A stretch of 64,000 bases of DNA, taken from IMG/VR virus record IMGVR_UViG_3300031420_000490. One strand, given 5' to 3'. Both the position numbers and the translations under genes were made by a program. This DNA is from a virus. Shown here piece by piece: positions 37,241 to 47,059 of the stretch. Position 1 is the first letter of the stretch. Each line of letters opens with the position of its first letter. The notes beneath the pieces are model-generated. The model was not told the DNA's origin, did not search any database, and worked only from the letters and a program-made list of their open reading frames with translations.

Positions 37241-37990
37241 ATGGCTCAGAAGCGCTTCCACCTCACTCCCGAGGGACCGATGCCCTGCTCAGTGGATTCG
37301 AGCAATCCTCTCTCCCGGGGATGCTTCTACGGCGGAGATCACTACGACACCCCGACCGCTGCTGAGGCTGCCTTCGCTGAGAAGATGGGTGGCGCTGTTC
37401 CTCCTGCTGAGACGAGGGTCGCCGGCAGTGCGGAGGCATTCAGCACCGAGGAGTTCGAAGCTGCGGCCAGGCACTTCTCATCTGCCAACGATCTTAGCGC
37501 TCCAGAGGCCCGGGCTCTGGCCCAGAAGCTCCGCTACGATCCTGAGCCCTCGGGCGAGGAAGCGATGTTCAGGGGAATGACCGGCTACGGTGGAATCTCG
37601 GGAGTCTCCTGGGAGGAGCTGCAGGAAGGGTCTCGGCTCCCCATGAAGCCCCGGTCCTGGACCAGCGACGAGCGAGTAGCCGACGAGTTCTCCTGGGACT
37701 CCAGTGCGGACGAGGATGATCCCTCCATCAAGAGCGTTCTCGTGGTTGCCGAGAGCGGCATCGAGGGAGTCTGGATCCACGAGCACTCCGAGTTCGACTG
37801 GCAGGCTGAGATGGTGTCCACATCTGGAGTCTTCGTCGTGGACAGCATCGAGTCCCGGGACGGCGGAGATGCCTCCCCGGAGGACTCCGAGTCCATCCTG
37901 ATCTCTGGCCATTGGGAGACCACAAGGCTCGACGACGAGGGCTGGCGGCTAGCCATCACGCCCTTCAGCGTAGACTTCCAGGAAGACTGA
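37241..37990 (+). CDS. HCCH N-terminal domain plus R-S-E class ADP-ribosyltransferase-like domain
   Basis: FRG, SWTS and QAE motifs. Confidence 0.7.
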   Translation: MAQKRFHLTPEGPMPCSVDSSNPLSRGCFYGGDHYDTPTAAEAAFAEKMGGAVPPAETRVAGSAEAFSTEEFEAAARHFSSANDLSAPEARALAQKLRYDPEPSGEEAMFRGMTGYGGISGVSWEELQEGSRLPMKPRSWTSDERVADEFSWDSSADEDDPSIKSVLVVAESGIEGVWIHEHSEFDWQAEMVSTSGVFVVDSIESRDGGDASPEDSESILISGHWETTRLDDEGWRLAITPFSVDFQED

Positions 37991-38029
37991 ATCGACCACC
38001 CATCACCCTACTAGCAAAGGAGCTCAACG

Positions 38030-38164
38030 ATGAGCGACAGCCTACTCTCCATCTCCGCCGCCTTCGGTGGAGCCTACGCCGAGGTCTGTGGAGCAGAACT
38101 CTCCCTACCGGGCATCGTGGACTCTCAGCTCCAGTCGGATCAGGGCGTAGGCTTCCAGCGCTAG
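38030..38164 (+). CDS. 44-aa peptide downstream of the ART gene
   Basis: AAAGGAG RBS; not in the ORF track. Confidence 0.45.
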   Translation: MSDSLLSISAAFGGAYAEVCGAELSLPGIVDSQLQSDQGVGFQR

Positions 38165-38265
38165 GAATTGCCCCGGAGCTAAAAACTTCGAGAAATTGTC
38201 GAAAGCTCGAAGTCTCGTTAGAGAACTCTGAGATCGATCGTTCAACAACCAGAGGGAATTCTGTT

Positions 38266-38802
38266 ATGCAGAGATACCACATTTCAGAAGACGGCCAGCC
38301 CCGTCCCTGCGACGCTGAATCCGCAGCAAGCTGCAGGCTCGGCGAGGGCACAAGCCACATCGAGTCGGACTCTCCAGCCGAGATCAGCGCCTTCGCTGAG
38401 TCCGTGAACGCAGAGCGCTTCGGTGCGGGTCACCTCTCGGGCGCATCGAAGCCTGCCAACCAGGGTAGCCCAGAGGCCAAGGCAGAGCTCGAAGAGCTTC
38501 TCAGAGATGAGGATGGGCTCGACGGAGCTCTCGACCACATCAGCGACAACATCCTCGGAGATGACGATGGCGAGGTCAAGAGCTTCCTCGCCAACTCTCG
38601 CTACAGCTATGGTTCGGTAAGGAATGCGGGCGGCGAGCGGATTGTCACCATCACCGCCGGAGAGCACGGAGGCTTCGCGGATAAGAAGAGCTACCGCGCG
38701 GCAGCCGAGAGGGCAGGCCAGAAGGTCTCTGAGTCCCTGAGCAGCTTCTTCGGCCAGAAGACCACAGTGAGCTTCGCAGCAGACGAGCTCAGTGAGGACT
38801 GA
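38266..38802 (+). CDS. HCCH N-terminal domain plus unknown domain
   Basis: MQRYHIS...C...C...H; AGAGGG RBS. Confidence 0.7.
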   Translation: MQRYHISEDGQPRPCDAESAASCRLGEGTSHIESDSPAEISAFAESVNAERFGAGHLSGASKPANQGSPEAKAELEELLRDEDGLDGALDHISDNILGDDDGEVKSFLANSRYSYGSVRNAGGERIVTITAGEHGGFADKKSYRAAAERAGQKVSESLSSFFGQKTTVSFAADELSED

Positions 38803-38822
38803 GCTCCAAGGCTCTTCAGCTC

Positions 38823-38859
38823 GAGGCGCAGGATCCCGATGGTTGGGATCCTGCGCCTC
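38823..38859 (+). terminator. stem-loop terminator
   Basis: Perfect 15-bp inverted repeat. Confidence 0.65.
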
Positions 38860-38954
38860 AGCTCATTTTCGGCCGCAAGAGCCTGTCTTCGCTCATGTTG
38901 GCTTCGGTACCATGAACGCACCAATGGATGAGCAGCTAAGCGAGAGAGTATCCC

Positions 38955-39305
38955 ATGGCCACCACAGACACTGATGACAGATTCCTCCAGGAGCTCAAGG
39001 AGATCCTCATCGAGGACTACTTCGCGCTCGCAGCAGAGGGCGACGAGCTCGCGTCAGAGATCGATCCCAGCCAGTCCTTCGTCACCGTGAAGGTCACTTC
39101 CCAGGGCAAGCGCCGCTGGACCGAGGGGTTCGAAGTCATCACTAAGCTCCCCGACGGCCGATTCTTCCGCTGGGAGTACGAGGAGGGCAACACTGAGAAC
39201 CAGGACAACACGGGTCCAGCCGAGTACGGAGACCCGGAGCTCACCGAGGTCTTCGAGCACAAGAAGGACACGGTGGTCTACGAGTACACCACCGAAGAGG
39301 TCTAA
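38955..39305 (+). CDS. acidic hypothetical protein
   Basis: FFRWEYEEG.TE.Q motif; RBS. Confidence 0.75.
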   Translation: MATTDTDDRFLQELKEILIEDYFALAAEGDELASEIDPSQSFVTVKVTSQGKRRWTEGFEVITKLPDGRFFRWEYEEGNTENQDNTGPAEYGDPELTEVFEHKKDTVVYEYTTEEV

Positions 39306-39341
39306 TTCCTTCGGGTTTAGCCACCCATTCCCGATTTCTTG

Positions 39342-39367
39342 CTAAGGGGCCATTCGTGGCCCCTTAG
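39342..39367 (+). terminator. UUCG stem-loop terminator
   Basis: 11-bp stem with TTCG loop. Confidence 0.65.
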
Positions 39368-39494
39368 TGCATTTTTGAAGAAATGAGCGCAAAGAAACGC
39401 CGCAAATGCGGTTCTAGATTTGACTTTCGTTAGGAAGTTCGATAATAGTGGTGCTATCCACAACGCACATGCACACCGAACAGGGAAAGTCAAT

Positions 39495-40721
39495 ATGGAA
39501 ACCGCAAAGAAGAGGTTCAGGCCCGCAGCCCTGAGCGCAGCAACAGCTGTTGCTCTGGTGGCAAGCCTTCTCTCCATCGCTCCCGCAGGCGCTGCAGTTG
39601 CAGCAGGGGATCCCTCCCAGCCCTGTGCCGCTCCTATCACGCTCTCCAACGAGGAGCAGCAGGCTCTCAACGAGCGTGCCTACAACTATGACAATGAGGC
39701 ACTGAGCTCTGAGCTCCTCTGCTTCAGCACGGCCGGAAGCGACCCCCGACCCGGCGGCGTCCTCAGAGTCGCTGTCAAGCCCGTCTACGCGGGCACTCAG
39801 ATCTCCTATCCCGCGATCAGCTGGGACCATGCCAGCGGCTATACGCTCTTCGGAGCAACATCGGCTGCCGATGGCAACGGTGGATGGGATGCCACCCTGA
39901 AGCTCTCCGAGGGCGAGAGCGGCAAGAGCATCCACGCGATGGTCTCGGAAGTTCATGCCTCCCTGCCGATCCACTACGAGCTCGCCGTTCCCCCAGTGCT
40001 CGATGAGGAGTGCATGGCCGATGAGACGGTCGAGGACAAGAGCTACTGCGTCGTCGAGCCCGAGAGCATCGAGGCCATGGACAACACGCTCCAGGTCTGG
40101 GACAGCGGCTTCAGAGGCGCTGACCAGAATGTGGGCTATGTGCCAGCAGCCCTGGGCGCTGTCTCCATCAGCGGAGAGGCTGTGGTCACGGGCACACTGA
40201 GCTCCAAGATTGCAGCTGGCACCAAGGCCCAAACGGTGTCCTACCAGTGGCTCCGCAACGGCACTCCCATCTCCAAGGCAACCGGCAAGCAGTATAAGCT
40301 GGTTGAGGCTGACCGGAACAGAACCGTGAGCCTTCGGGTCACCGCCTCCAACCCGGGTCAGCCTGCAGTGGTGAAGACCAGCAACGGAATCTCCAAGATC
40401 CTCGGCAAGCTCGTAGCGCCGAACCCCCGGGTTTCCCTGGTGAAGAACCGCATCGACTGCCCTGCCCACAACTGCACCGCCAAGCTCCAGAGCAAGGTCA
40501 ACGCCAACAATGGAGCTCGCTACGACTACCAGTGGTACCGCAATGGTAAGGCAATCAAGGGAGCCAACAAGAGTAGCTACCAGGTGAAGTACAAGTACTC
40601 CAAGAAGGCCAAGTACAATGTGGTCTACACCCTGAAGGTCACTGTCTCCAAGGCTGGCTACAAGACCGAGCGCCAGGTCAGCACGAGCACCTCAAATCCC
40701 TGGGTAAAGCTCCCGGTCTGA
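39495..40721 (+). CDS. secreted surface protein with two C-terminal Ig-like repeats
   Basis: Signal peptide; YQW.RNG..I..A....Y repeated twice. Confidence 0.8.
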   Translation: METAKKRFRPAALSAATAVALVASLLSIAPAGAAVAAGDPSQPCAAPITLSNEEQQALNERAYNYDNEALSSELLCFSTAGSDPRPGGVLRVAVKPVYAGTQISYPAISWDHASGYTLFGATSAADGNGGWDATLKLSEGESGKSIHAMVSEVHASLPIHYELAVPPVLDEECMADETVEDKSYCVVEPESIEAMDNTLQVWDSGFRGADQNVGYVPAALGAVSISGEAVVTGTLSSKIAAGTKAQTVSYQWLRNGTPISKATGKQYKLVEADRNRTVSLRVTASNPGQPAVVKTSNGISKILGKLVAPNPRVSLVKNRIDCPAHNCTAKLQSKVNANNGARYDYQWYRNGKAIKGANKSSYQVKYKYSKKAKYNVVYTLKVTVSKAGYKTERQVSTSTSNPWVKLPV

Positions 40722-40773
40722 TCGATCTCCGGTAGCGGTTGCGCGGCGGGGTAGCTTGGTATAGGATCCATCC

Positions 40774-41097
40774 ATGGACACCACTGAGATACCCCGCCGT
40801 TCTGCTGCGTCCGCGAAGGCTACGGCAAAGCGCCAGAGTTCGGCACCCACCCTGATCTTCTACGGGGCGGTCTGCCTCGCCATCTGGTCCATCGGCCACG
40901 GGCTCAACGGCTTCCTCCTTCTGGCCCTGCTCATCATGGTCCCCTTCGGCTTCCTCCTGGTGGCAACTCCCCTCAGGGTCTACTTCGGCCTTCGCAGCAT
41001 GTACCGCCACCCGGAGCTCTACACCACGAAGATCATCGAGGACGAGCAGGGTAACTTCAGCTCGATCAGCTGGAATCGAGTCCACGGCAGTCGATAG
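40774..41097 (+). CDS. 2-TM membrane protein, leaderless MDTT start
   Basis: TTGCGC-17-TAGGAT, 6 nt, ATG. Confidence 0.75.
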   Translation: MDTTEIPRRSAASAKATAKRQSSAPTLIFYGAVCLAIWSIGHGLNGFLLLALLIMVPFGFLLVATPLRVYFGLRSMYRHPELYTTKIIEDEQGNFSSISWNRVHGSR

Positions 41098-41163
41098 CAT
41101 CGACTGCGACAGGGCTATCCAAGACCACCACCGAGAGCCAACGAAATCACCGAAGGATCTACC

Positions 41164-41469
41164 ATGGCAAAGAGCAAGGTCAGCCGCATCAAGAGCTTCT
41201 CCAACATCGACGAGCTCTTCGGTCGCATGTACGAGCAGGGGTACTTCATCAATGAGCGCCACCGGGACGAGGAGCTCGAGCGCGTCAAGGGGCCGACGCC
41301 CACCCACAGCGCCAACGAGTACTGGTACTCCAACGGAGCCGACGAGCTCAAGATCTTCAAGAAGATGTTTGGAGCCTTCGAGCTCTGCAACTTCCGAGGG
41401 ATCATCAGCCCGAAGCTCGAGGAGCTCTTCGAGCTCGCCGAGATTCCAAAAATCGGCGCTCGGCAGTAG
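41164..41469 (+). CDS. hypothetical protein
   Basis: AAGGA RBS. Confidence 0.7.
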   Translation: MAKSKVSRIKSFSNIDELFGRMYEQGYFINERHRDEELERVKGPTPTHSANEYWYSNGADELKIFKKMFGAFELCNFRGIISPKLEELFELAEIPKIGARQ

Positions 41470-41552
41470 GCTCAGCACCGGTTCTCCGAGTAGTATCGAT
41501 GTTCAAAATTTTAGCATTTGACATTCAGAACATCATCACATAGGATGTAAAT

Positions 41553-41855
41553 ATGAACACGCCGCTTCGCTCTCAGATCCTCCGCGACCAGCTCAGCCAG
41601 GCTCGCGCCTACCTCACCAACGCCGCAGGCACGGGTGATCTCGCCCTGGCTAAGTTCGCCCTGGGGTTCCTCACCGGAGCCGCCACGGCGGCTGCGCCCG
41701 TGGATGAGCACTACAACCTCTACGCCATGGGCCAGGACGGACTCCGCATGGAGTCCATCGAGCGCGTCATCGATGTGGCCGATGCGCTGACCCGGCGAAG
41801 CTACAGCTACGCCGAGCGCCTTGAGCAGATCGAGAGGGAGGCCCGCCGTGGTTAA
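41553..41855 (+). CDS. hypothetical protein, leaderless
   Basis: TTGACA-17-TAGGAT, 6 nt, ATG. Confidence 0.8.
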   Translation: MNTPLRSQILRDQLSQARAYLTNAAGTGDLALAKFALGFLTGAATAAAPVDEHYNLYAMGQDGLRMESIERVIDVADALTRRSYSYAERLEQIEREARRG

Positions 41856-42063
41856 GCGCTTCACTATCTCAGAGACCGAGGGTCGGAAGCGATCCTTCTC
41901 CTATCTCGTGGATGAGGATTTCCCCCTGGGATCCTGGGGTCCCAGCGAGCAGCCAGCCGATGCTGTCATCGGAGAGGTCGAATCCTTGAGCCAGAGCGAC
42001 AACTGCCCCTTCTTCGCCTTCGATCCCGCCGGCGAGATCATTGTCACAGTCTCGGAGGTCTAA
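41848..42063 (+). CDS. small hypothetical protein
   Basis: GGGAGG RBS, GTG start. Confidence 0.55.
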   Translation: MVKRFTISETEGRKRSFSYLVDEDFPLGSWGPSEQPADAVIGEVESLSQSDNCPFFAFDPAGEIIVTVSEV

Positions 42064-42067
42064 AAAT

Positions 42068-42724
42068 ATGGCATGGATCGACCAGAGACCCGAGGGTGGC
42101 TTCCGGGAGATGCTCCTCTTGGACATCATCCGGGACTACAGGCCCGTCTACCCCGAGGGCGCAACCTGGGAAGAGACCGCCACCATGCTCTACGAGGAGC
42201 AGCCCGAGCACATGGCTGCCCTGAAGGCTTCCCTGGAGCGCAGCGGCTGGCGGGATCCGATCCGGCTGTCGAGCGAGGAGGACATCGCCTCAGACGACGG
42301 CGTGGCCTTCGTCCTCGACGGCACCCACCGGGTCAGCCTCGCCATGCGAGAGGGTGTGATCTCCCTGCCGGTGGTCACCAGCGACGAGCTCCCCGAGTGG
42401 AATGGGTCACCCTCCAGCCTCACGGATCTTCTCATCGAGCATATCTCAGGGCCGCCTCTCAGCGAGGATGAGGACTTCGAAGTCTTCGAGCTCTTCGTCT
42501 CCCTGGAGCTCAATGCCGACATCTGGCTCAACTCTGACATCGGCTCTGGCCGCAGGGGAAGCTGGAGCTTCTACTACGACGAGCTCCAGGATGGTGTTCA
42601 CCACAAGCTCCTCGAGCGTGTGGCGCTGAAGCGACTTCGGAAGCACTTCCCGGGCCGGGACTTTCGGGTGACCGTGAGCCTCTTCGTGGACGAGGACGAG
42701 GAAGACTCCAGCCCCGAGGGCTAG
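42068..42724 (+). CDS. ParB/Srx N-terminal-like domain protein
   Basis: GW.DPI.L...VLDGTHR...LPV; no obvious HTH. Confidence 0.7.
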   Translation: MAWIDQRPEGGFREMLLLDIIRDYRPVYPEGATWEETATMLYEEQPEHMAALKASLERSGWRDPIRLSSEEDIASDDGVAFVLDGTHRVSLAMREGVISLPVVTSDELPEWNGSPSSLTDLLIEHISGPPLSEDEDFEVFELFVSLELNADIWLNSDIGSGRRGSWSFYYDELQDGVHHKLLERVALKRLRKHFPGRDFRVTVSLFVDEDEEDSSPEG

Positions 42725-42777
42725 CGGAGCGGCAGGACGCCTAGAGCCTACAGCCCCGGAGGGGTGATAGTAGCCCC

Positions 42778-43332
42778 ATGGACAGCACTGTTGAAAAGCG
42801 CTACCTCGAGCTCATGCGAGGATTCACGGCCGAAGAGACAGGGCGACTTCCCCTGGAGTACAGCCTCTATGCTCGCAACCTCGAAGCTCTCGTGCAGAGC
42901 TTCCTAGAGGGTGGTCCCCGATTCCACATGCCAGATCTCACCGTGCTCAACGGGCTCGCCGGAGAGCTGCGCTCGAGCATGAACCGGCAGCTCTTCCTCG
43001 CGGGACCCTGGAGGCCGCCACTGGTGCTCCTCCCCCGGGATCGCAGGCGCATTCGAGCGGCTCGAGCTGCAGGGCTCGTCGAGGCAACGGAGGTGAGCGC
43101 GGCGATCCATCGAAGGATCCTCCAGGAGTACTTCTTCCTCACCAACCTCCTTGAGCTCATGCTCCTCGTGCAGCGGGAGGTGGCCACAGCCCTCGGTGGA
43201 GCCCTCGATGAGGCCCAGGTGGCTGTCTATGGGACAGCGACGGCGAAGCTCGTGGAGGTCTTCCAGAAGACCGACGAGAGCTACGAGCAGACTCAGCTCG
43301 CCGTGGCCGAACAGGCCGTCATCGGAGTCTAG
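42778..43332 (+). CDS. helical family protein (paralogue of 43737 and 45307)
   Basis: YLEL...F......LPL.Y.LY...L..L; EY.FL..L.EL. Confidence 0.75.
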   Translation: MDSTVEKRYLELMRGFTAEETGRLPLEYSLYARNLEALVQSFLEGGPRFHMPDLTVLNGLAGELRSSMNRQLFLAGPWRPPLVLLPRDRRRIRAARAAGLVEATEVSAAIHRRILQEYFFLTNLLELMLLVQREVATALGGALDEAQVAVYGTATAKLVEVFQKTDESYEQTQLAVAEQAVIGV

Positions 43333-43458
43333 CTCGGAGCCTAGGGGCTTGAGCTCCTCTCCGGCACCGTTGACAGGCTGAGAGCACCGTGTAGTGTGAT
43401 GTCCATAGATCTCACCTGGAAATCCCAGAGCACTGAGACCCGTTAGGAAGCATCCACC

Positions 43459-43647
43459 ATGGCAGCAACCAAGCAGCAGAAGATCGAGGCGCTGAGCAAC
43501 TTCCTCGAGTACGAGGCGGCCGGACAGGTCCGGGGCCACAGCGCCCTGGATGGGATCGGCTGCCCGGATCACGACGCGGCCTTCCGGGCCAAGGCCGAAG
43601 AGCTCCTGAAGCTCGTCGAGGACGAGAACTACGGCTACGCTGAGTGA
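43459..43647 (+). CDS. small hypothetical protein
   Basis: TTGACA-16-TAGTGT promoter; AGGA RBS. Confidence 0.7.
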   Translation: MAATKQQKIEALSNFLEYEAAGQVRGHSALDGIGCPDHDAAFRAKAEELLKLVEDENYGYAE

Positions 43648-43677
43648 GCTCCAACCACTGAGCGGCCATCGCTCTTC

Positions 43678-43719
43678 GCAGGGGCCTGGGATGGCAGAGG
43701 CGCCATCCCAGGCCCCTGC
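43678..43719 (+). terminator. stem-loop terminator
   Basis: Perfect 18-bp inverted repeat. Confidence 0.7.
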
Positions 43720-43736
43720 TGCGTGATAGTGGATCC

Positions 43737-44195
43737 ATGAACCCAGCAGCGGAGCAGAGTTTTCGAGAGCTCATGGGGCGATTCTCCGAATCGGACCTCG
43801 AGGAGCTTCCCCTGGCCTACAGCCTCTACCGGGATGACCTCCCGGCGCTCGTAGAGCTCCTCCATGAGCAGAACCTGGCCATGCCCCTGGAGCGCCTCGA
43901 CATCCTCAAGGTCCTTCTCTACGAGGCCAAGAAGAACCAGAGCGACCGGCTCGAGGCCTCTTTCCACGGGGACGACGAGAAGCTCGCCGAGCTGGAGCTC
44001 TACAATCGGGCCATCGGCGAGATGGCGCTGAAGGAGTACTTCTTCTCCCTGAGCTATCTGGAGCTCGGCCATCTCCTTCAGCGCACGCAGTTCGAGCTCG
44101 AGGGCATCGAGGTTCCCGAGGAGATCCTGGAGCTCCAGGCTTCCGTCCGCGGATCCCTGGTGAATGCCTTCCGGCTCATCGAGGAGCTTCAGTAG
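43737..44195 (+). CDS. helical family protein (paralogue of 42778)
   Basis: Shared family motifs; GATAGT, 6 nt, ATG. Confidence 0.75.
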   Translation: MNPAAEQSFRELMGRFSESDLEELPLAYSLYRDDLPALVELLHEQNLAMPLERLDILKVLLYEAKKNQSDRLEASFHGDDEKLAELELYNRAIGEMALKEYFFSLSYLELGHLLQRTQFELEGIEVPEEILELQASVRGSLVNAFRLIEELQ

Positions 44196-44273
44196 GCTCA
44201 GTTCGAGTCCGATCTACGCGCTCTCCTCCGGAAACAGGTTGCGGAATCTGCCTCCATGGTGTAGGTTGTCCCC

Positions 44274-44636
44274 ATGGCCAACGAGACCGACCCGACCACT
44301 GCTCCCGACTCGAGCTCGCAGAAGCTCTGGGAGATCCTGGTGCCCACCGTCCGTAACCCCAATGATGAGGGCGAAGTGAGCCCCTATCGGACGCGCTACC
44401 ACCGGGTCTGGGATCAGAAGGTCAAGGCCATCGCCGGCGGGCTCACCGTGCTCACGCCGGTCCGGGGTACCTGGGTGTCGGAGGACGACGAGACCTTCCA
44501 CGAGCGCATGATTCCCGTGCGGATCATGTGTACCGAGGCCGAGATCCTCGAGATCGCCCACATGACCAAGAAGTACTACGACCAGCTCGCCGTGATGATC
44601 TACATGATCTCCTCGGATGTCCGCATCATCGGCTGA
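44274..44636 (+). CDS. conserved hypothetical protein, leaderless
   Basis: TTGCGG-17-TAGGTT, 6 nt, ATG; WEILVPT...GGLT...G.W. Confidence 0.8.
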   Translation: MANETDPTTAPDSSSQKLWEILVPTVRNPNDEGEVSPYRTRYHRVWDQKVKAIAGGLTVLTPVRGTWVSEDDETFHERMIPVRIMCTEAEILEIAHMTKKYYDQLAVMIYMISSDVRIIG

Positions 44637-44701
44637 GATCGACAGCACCACCATCCTTCGGGCCGTAGCTGCCCGGCCAACGACCGGAGAACGATCTACC
44701 C

Positions 44702-45283
44702 ATGAACCCGACCATCGACCACAGCCTGACGCTTAGAAAGCCTCTCAGCGCTGAGAAGCTCCCGAAGCCCAAGCGTTCTGCGGAGTTCCGGAAGCAGCTC
44801 TGGCTCTCCCCCATCGTCTTCGGAATCTCAGTGGCTGCAGCCTTCCTCTGGGAGCTCCTGGGGCTCCCCAAGTTCGGCCCCGAGGGCAACGAGCATCCCT
44901 GGATCTTCCCGCTCTACATCCTCGGCATCTTCTTCTCGGTGCAGAATGTGTTCTCCGCCTTCCGGGAGGAGTACCCTCGCCGCATGAGGCAGTGGAACCG
45001 GGAGCGCCAGGAAGCCTTCGAGCTCGAGGCCTTTCCCTTCCTGGAGGCAGAGCTGAAGGCAGTCGACCAGCGCTACGGCTACAGCATTCCCCTGGATCTA
45101 CCTCCCCGGGACTGGACGGTGGCACTCATGCTCGAGGATCCGGAGAACGGAGCGGGCTTCGGAGCACGCCACGAGGACAGCGACAAGTTCAGCCACTTCA
45201 AATTCACCCTGGAGAACGGCGGCCGGGAGGTGCGTTTCCGGGCTGAGATCCCCGGCGAGCTCGCGGCGGTTGACAACAGCTGA
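44702..45283 (+). CDS. 2-TM membrane protein
   Basis: Two hydrophobic helices; GGAGA RBS. Confidence 0.7.
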   Translation: MNPTIDHSLTLRKPLSAEKLPKPKRSAEFRKQLWLSPIVFGISVAAAFLWELLGLPKFGPEGNEHPWIFPLYILGIFFSVQNVFSAFREEYPRRMRQWNRERQEAFELEAFPFLEAELKAVDQRYGYSIPLDLPPRDWTVALMLEDPENGAGFGARHEDSDKFSHFKFTLENGGREVRFRAEIPGELAAVDNS

Positions 45284-45306
45284 GTTCAGGGTGTAGCATC
45301 GGTCCC

Positions 45307-45957
45307 ATGGACACCACACCTCAGCAGAAGTACCTCGAGCTCAAGGCCCGCTTCTCCGTCGATCAGTGGGAGCGACTCCCCCTGGAGCTTCAGCTCTACG
45401 GAGACAGCCTCGACAGCATCCTTCGCTACTTCGTGGGAAAGGCTAAGCTTCCAGTCCTGGACACCCGGATCTTCTCCGGCCTTTCCAAGGAACTCCAGTC
45501 GGCGGTGGAAACCGAAAGCAAGATCGCCAGCGAGATCGTCAGCGAACCGCTCACTGCTCGAGGATGGAGACTCTCCGAAGTCTTCAGCCGACCGAAGCGC
45601 CGGAGGGAGCTGCAGAAGAAGATGGAGCTCCACGCTGCCGCCCAGGCCCGCCGGGAGGCCGCATTCAGCGCTGTCATCGGAGAGTACGCATTCCTCGGCA
45701 ACCTCAAGGAACTCACTGAGCTCATCGACCGGGAGCTCATGGGGTTTGCCCTGACCCACGAGGAACTCTTCGATGGAGACCGCTCCGAGCGGCTCAGGAA
45801 CATCGAGCTCCGCTCCATCTCCAACCTCGCTGGCAATCGATCCATGGCCAGTGGGCTCTTCTCGGTTGTGCAGCACCTAGAGCGCGCCGTGGGGACCGTA
45901 GAGATGAGGTCCAGCCTCTCCGACACCCACCTCAGCATCCTCCAGAGGTGGAGCTGA
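45307..45957 (+). CDS. helical family protein (paralogue of 42778), leaderless MDTT start
   Basis: TTGACA-18-TAGCAT, 7 nt, ATG. Confidence 0.75.
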   Translation: MDTTPQQKYLELKARFSVDQWERLPLELQLYGDSLDSILRYFVGKAKLPVLDTRIFSGLSKELQSAVETESKIASEIVSEPLTARGWRLSEVFSRPKRRRELQKKMELHAAAQARREAAFSAVIGEYAFLGNLKELTELIDRELMGFALTHEELFDGDRSERLRNIELRSISNLAGNRSMASGLFSVVQHLERAVGTVEMRSSLSDTHLSILQRWS

Positions 45958-46001
45958 GTCCATCTCGTTCAGCATCCACTTCTACTCACAGAAAGAACAC
46001 C

Positions 46002-46322
46002 ATGAACTCGCAGCAGGACAGCTCTGCTCTCACCGACGAACACGCTCAGTCGGTGCTCATCGAGGCAGAGGAACATCTCTGGTCGCTCATCGAGGGTCGG
46101 AACATGGATGACTTCCCGCGGATCTGGATCGCCTTCACCAGCCTGCGGGCAGTTCGGATGCTCTCCAAGAGCTCCAACGGAATCCCTGGCTATCGGGGGC
46201 TCGGACTCCGAGAAGCCCTGGAGCTCGCCACGGCCATCAACGAGCACAAGCCCCAGAGCGACCGGGATCTCACCATCCACAGCTACAAGCCCATCGCTGC
46301 CGGCATCGCTGTCGGTGGCTAA
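46002..46322 (+). CDS. hypothetical protein
   Basis: AGAAAG RBS. Confidence 0.6.
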   Translation: MNSQQDSSALTDEHAQSVLIEAEEHLWSLIEGRNMDDFPRIWIAFTSLRAVRMLSKSSNGIPGYRGLGLREALELATAINEHKPQSDRDLTIHSYKPIAAGIAVGG

Positions 46323-46343
46323 TCACAGGAAGAAGAGAGAACC

Positions 46344-46745
46344 ATGGGAATCAGGGATCTGATCTACTTCGAGGTCACAGCCTTTCACCTTGCGCTCCTC
46401 AAGCGACTGCACTTTCAGGACGGCGAGGGCGTTCCCGAGGTCAGCGCCAAGCGCCCCTACGGAGACAGCGATGTGATCGGGGATCTCCAGGAGATCTACA
46501 GCGAGACCATGGGCTACGAGGTTCTCCGGCTCCGGGACGAGGGCACCATCGTGATCCAGGGCGACCGGGTGATCTCCCGGGGCGACGGCACTGGCCCGAT
46601 CAGCGAGGACATCGAGGCGCAGCTCTGGAAGGCCCATCGGGAGATGAGCACGGTGCTGCAGATCCTGGCCCACAACCTCAACATCCAGGAAGGTACCTAC
46701 AGCCGCGAGCAGTTCGGCGGCAAGTGGACCCTGCGAGAGGACTGA
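46344..46745 (+). CDS. hypothetical protein (paralogue of 50623)
   Basis: FE...FHL.LLK.L.F...PYG...LW..HR...TVL...GKW. Confidence 0.75.
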   Translation: MGIRDLIYFEVTAFHLALLKRLHFQDGEGVPEVSAKRPYGDSDVIGDLQEIYSETMGYEVLRLRDEGTIVIQGDRVISRGDGTGPISEDIEAQLWKAHREMSTVLQILAHNLNIQEGTYSREQFGGKWTLRED

Positions 46746-46827
46746 GCAGTCGAAGCGAAGCGGTGGTTGCACGGTAGGAGCTTCGGATGTATGATGGTCT
46801 CACACCACACCACTTCCGGAGGCACTC

Positions 46828-47037
46828 ATGGCCATCACCACCGCTTCGTTCTTCACCGTCCGCACGATCACCGAGGATGGCGAGTTCTGCTCCCAGACCG
46901 AGCCCATGGACGAGTCCGAGGCTCTGGCGACCTTCGATGACACCGTGGAGAACTCCGGTGAGTCCATCTTCGTACAGATGATCGGCGAGGACGGCGCGGT
47001 GAGCACCGAGGCACGCGGGCAGCTCTCCGAGGACTGA
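46828..47037 (+). CDS. small acidic hypothetical protein
   Basis: TTGCAC-17-TATGAT promoter; GGAGG RBS. Confidence 0.75.
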   Translation: MAITTASFFTVRTITEDGEFCSQTEPMDESEALATFDDTVENSGESIFVQMIGEDGAVSTEARGQLSED

Positions 47038-47059
47038 TCCAGCTTCAACTCGACCTATC

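Noticed and set aside
37912-38265. Long N-terminal extensions in the ORF track (37912, 414, 3736, 19387, 24478, 34633, 58111 and others)
   Set aside because: They overlap upstream genes; the true starts are placed downstream by RBS or promoter evidence.
44201-44210. GTTCGAGTCC resembling a tRNA T-loop
   Set aside because: The flanks do not form a T-stem or cloverleaf; I found no tRNA in the window.
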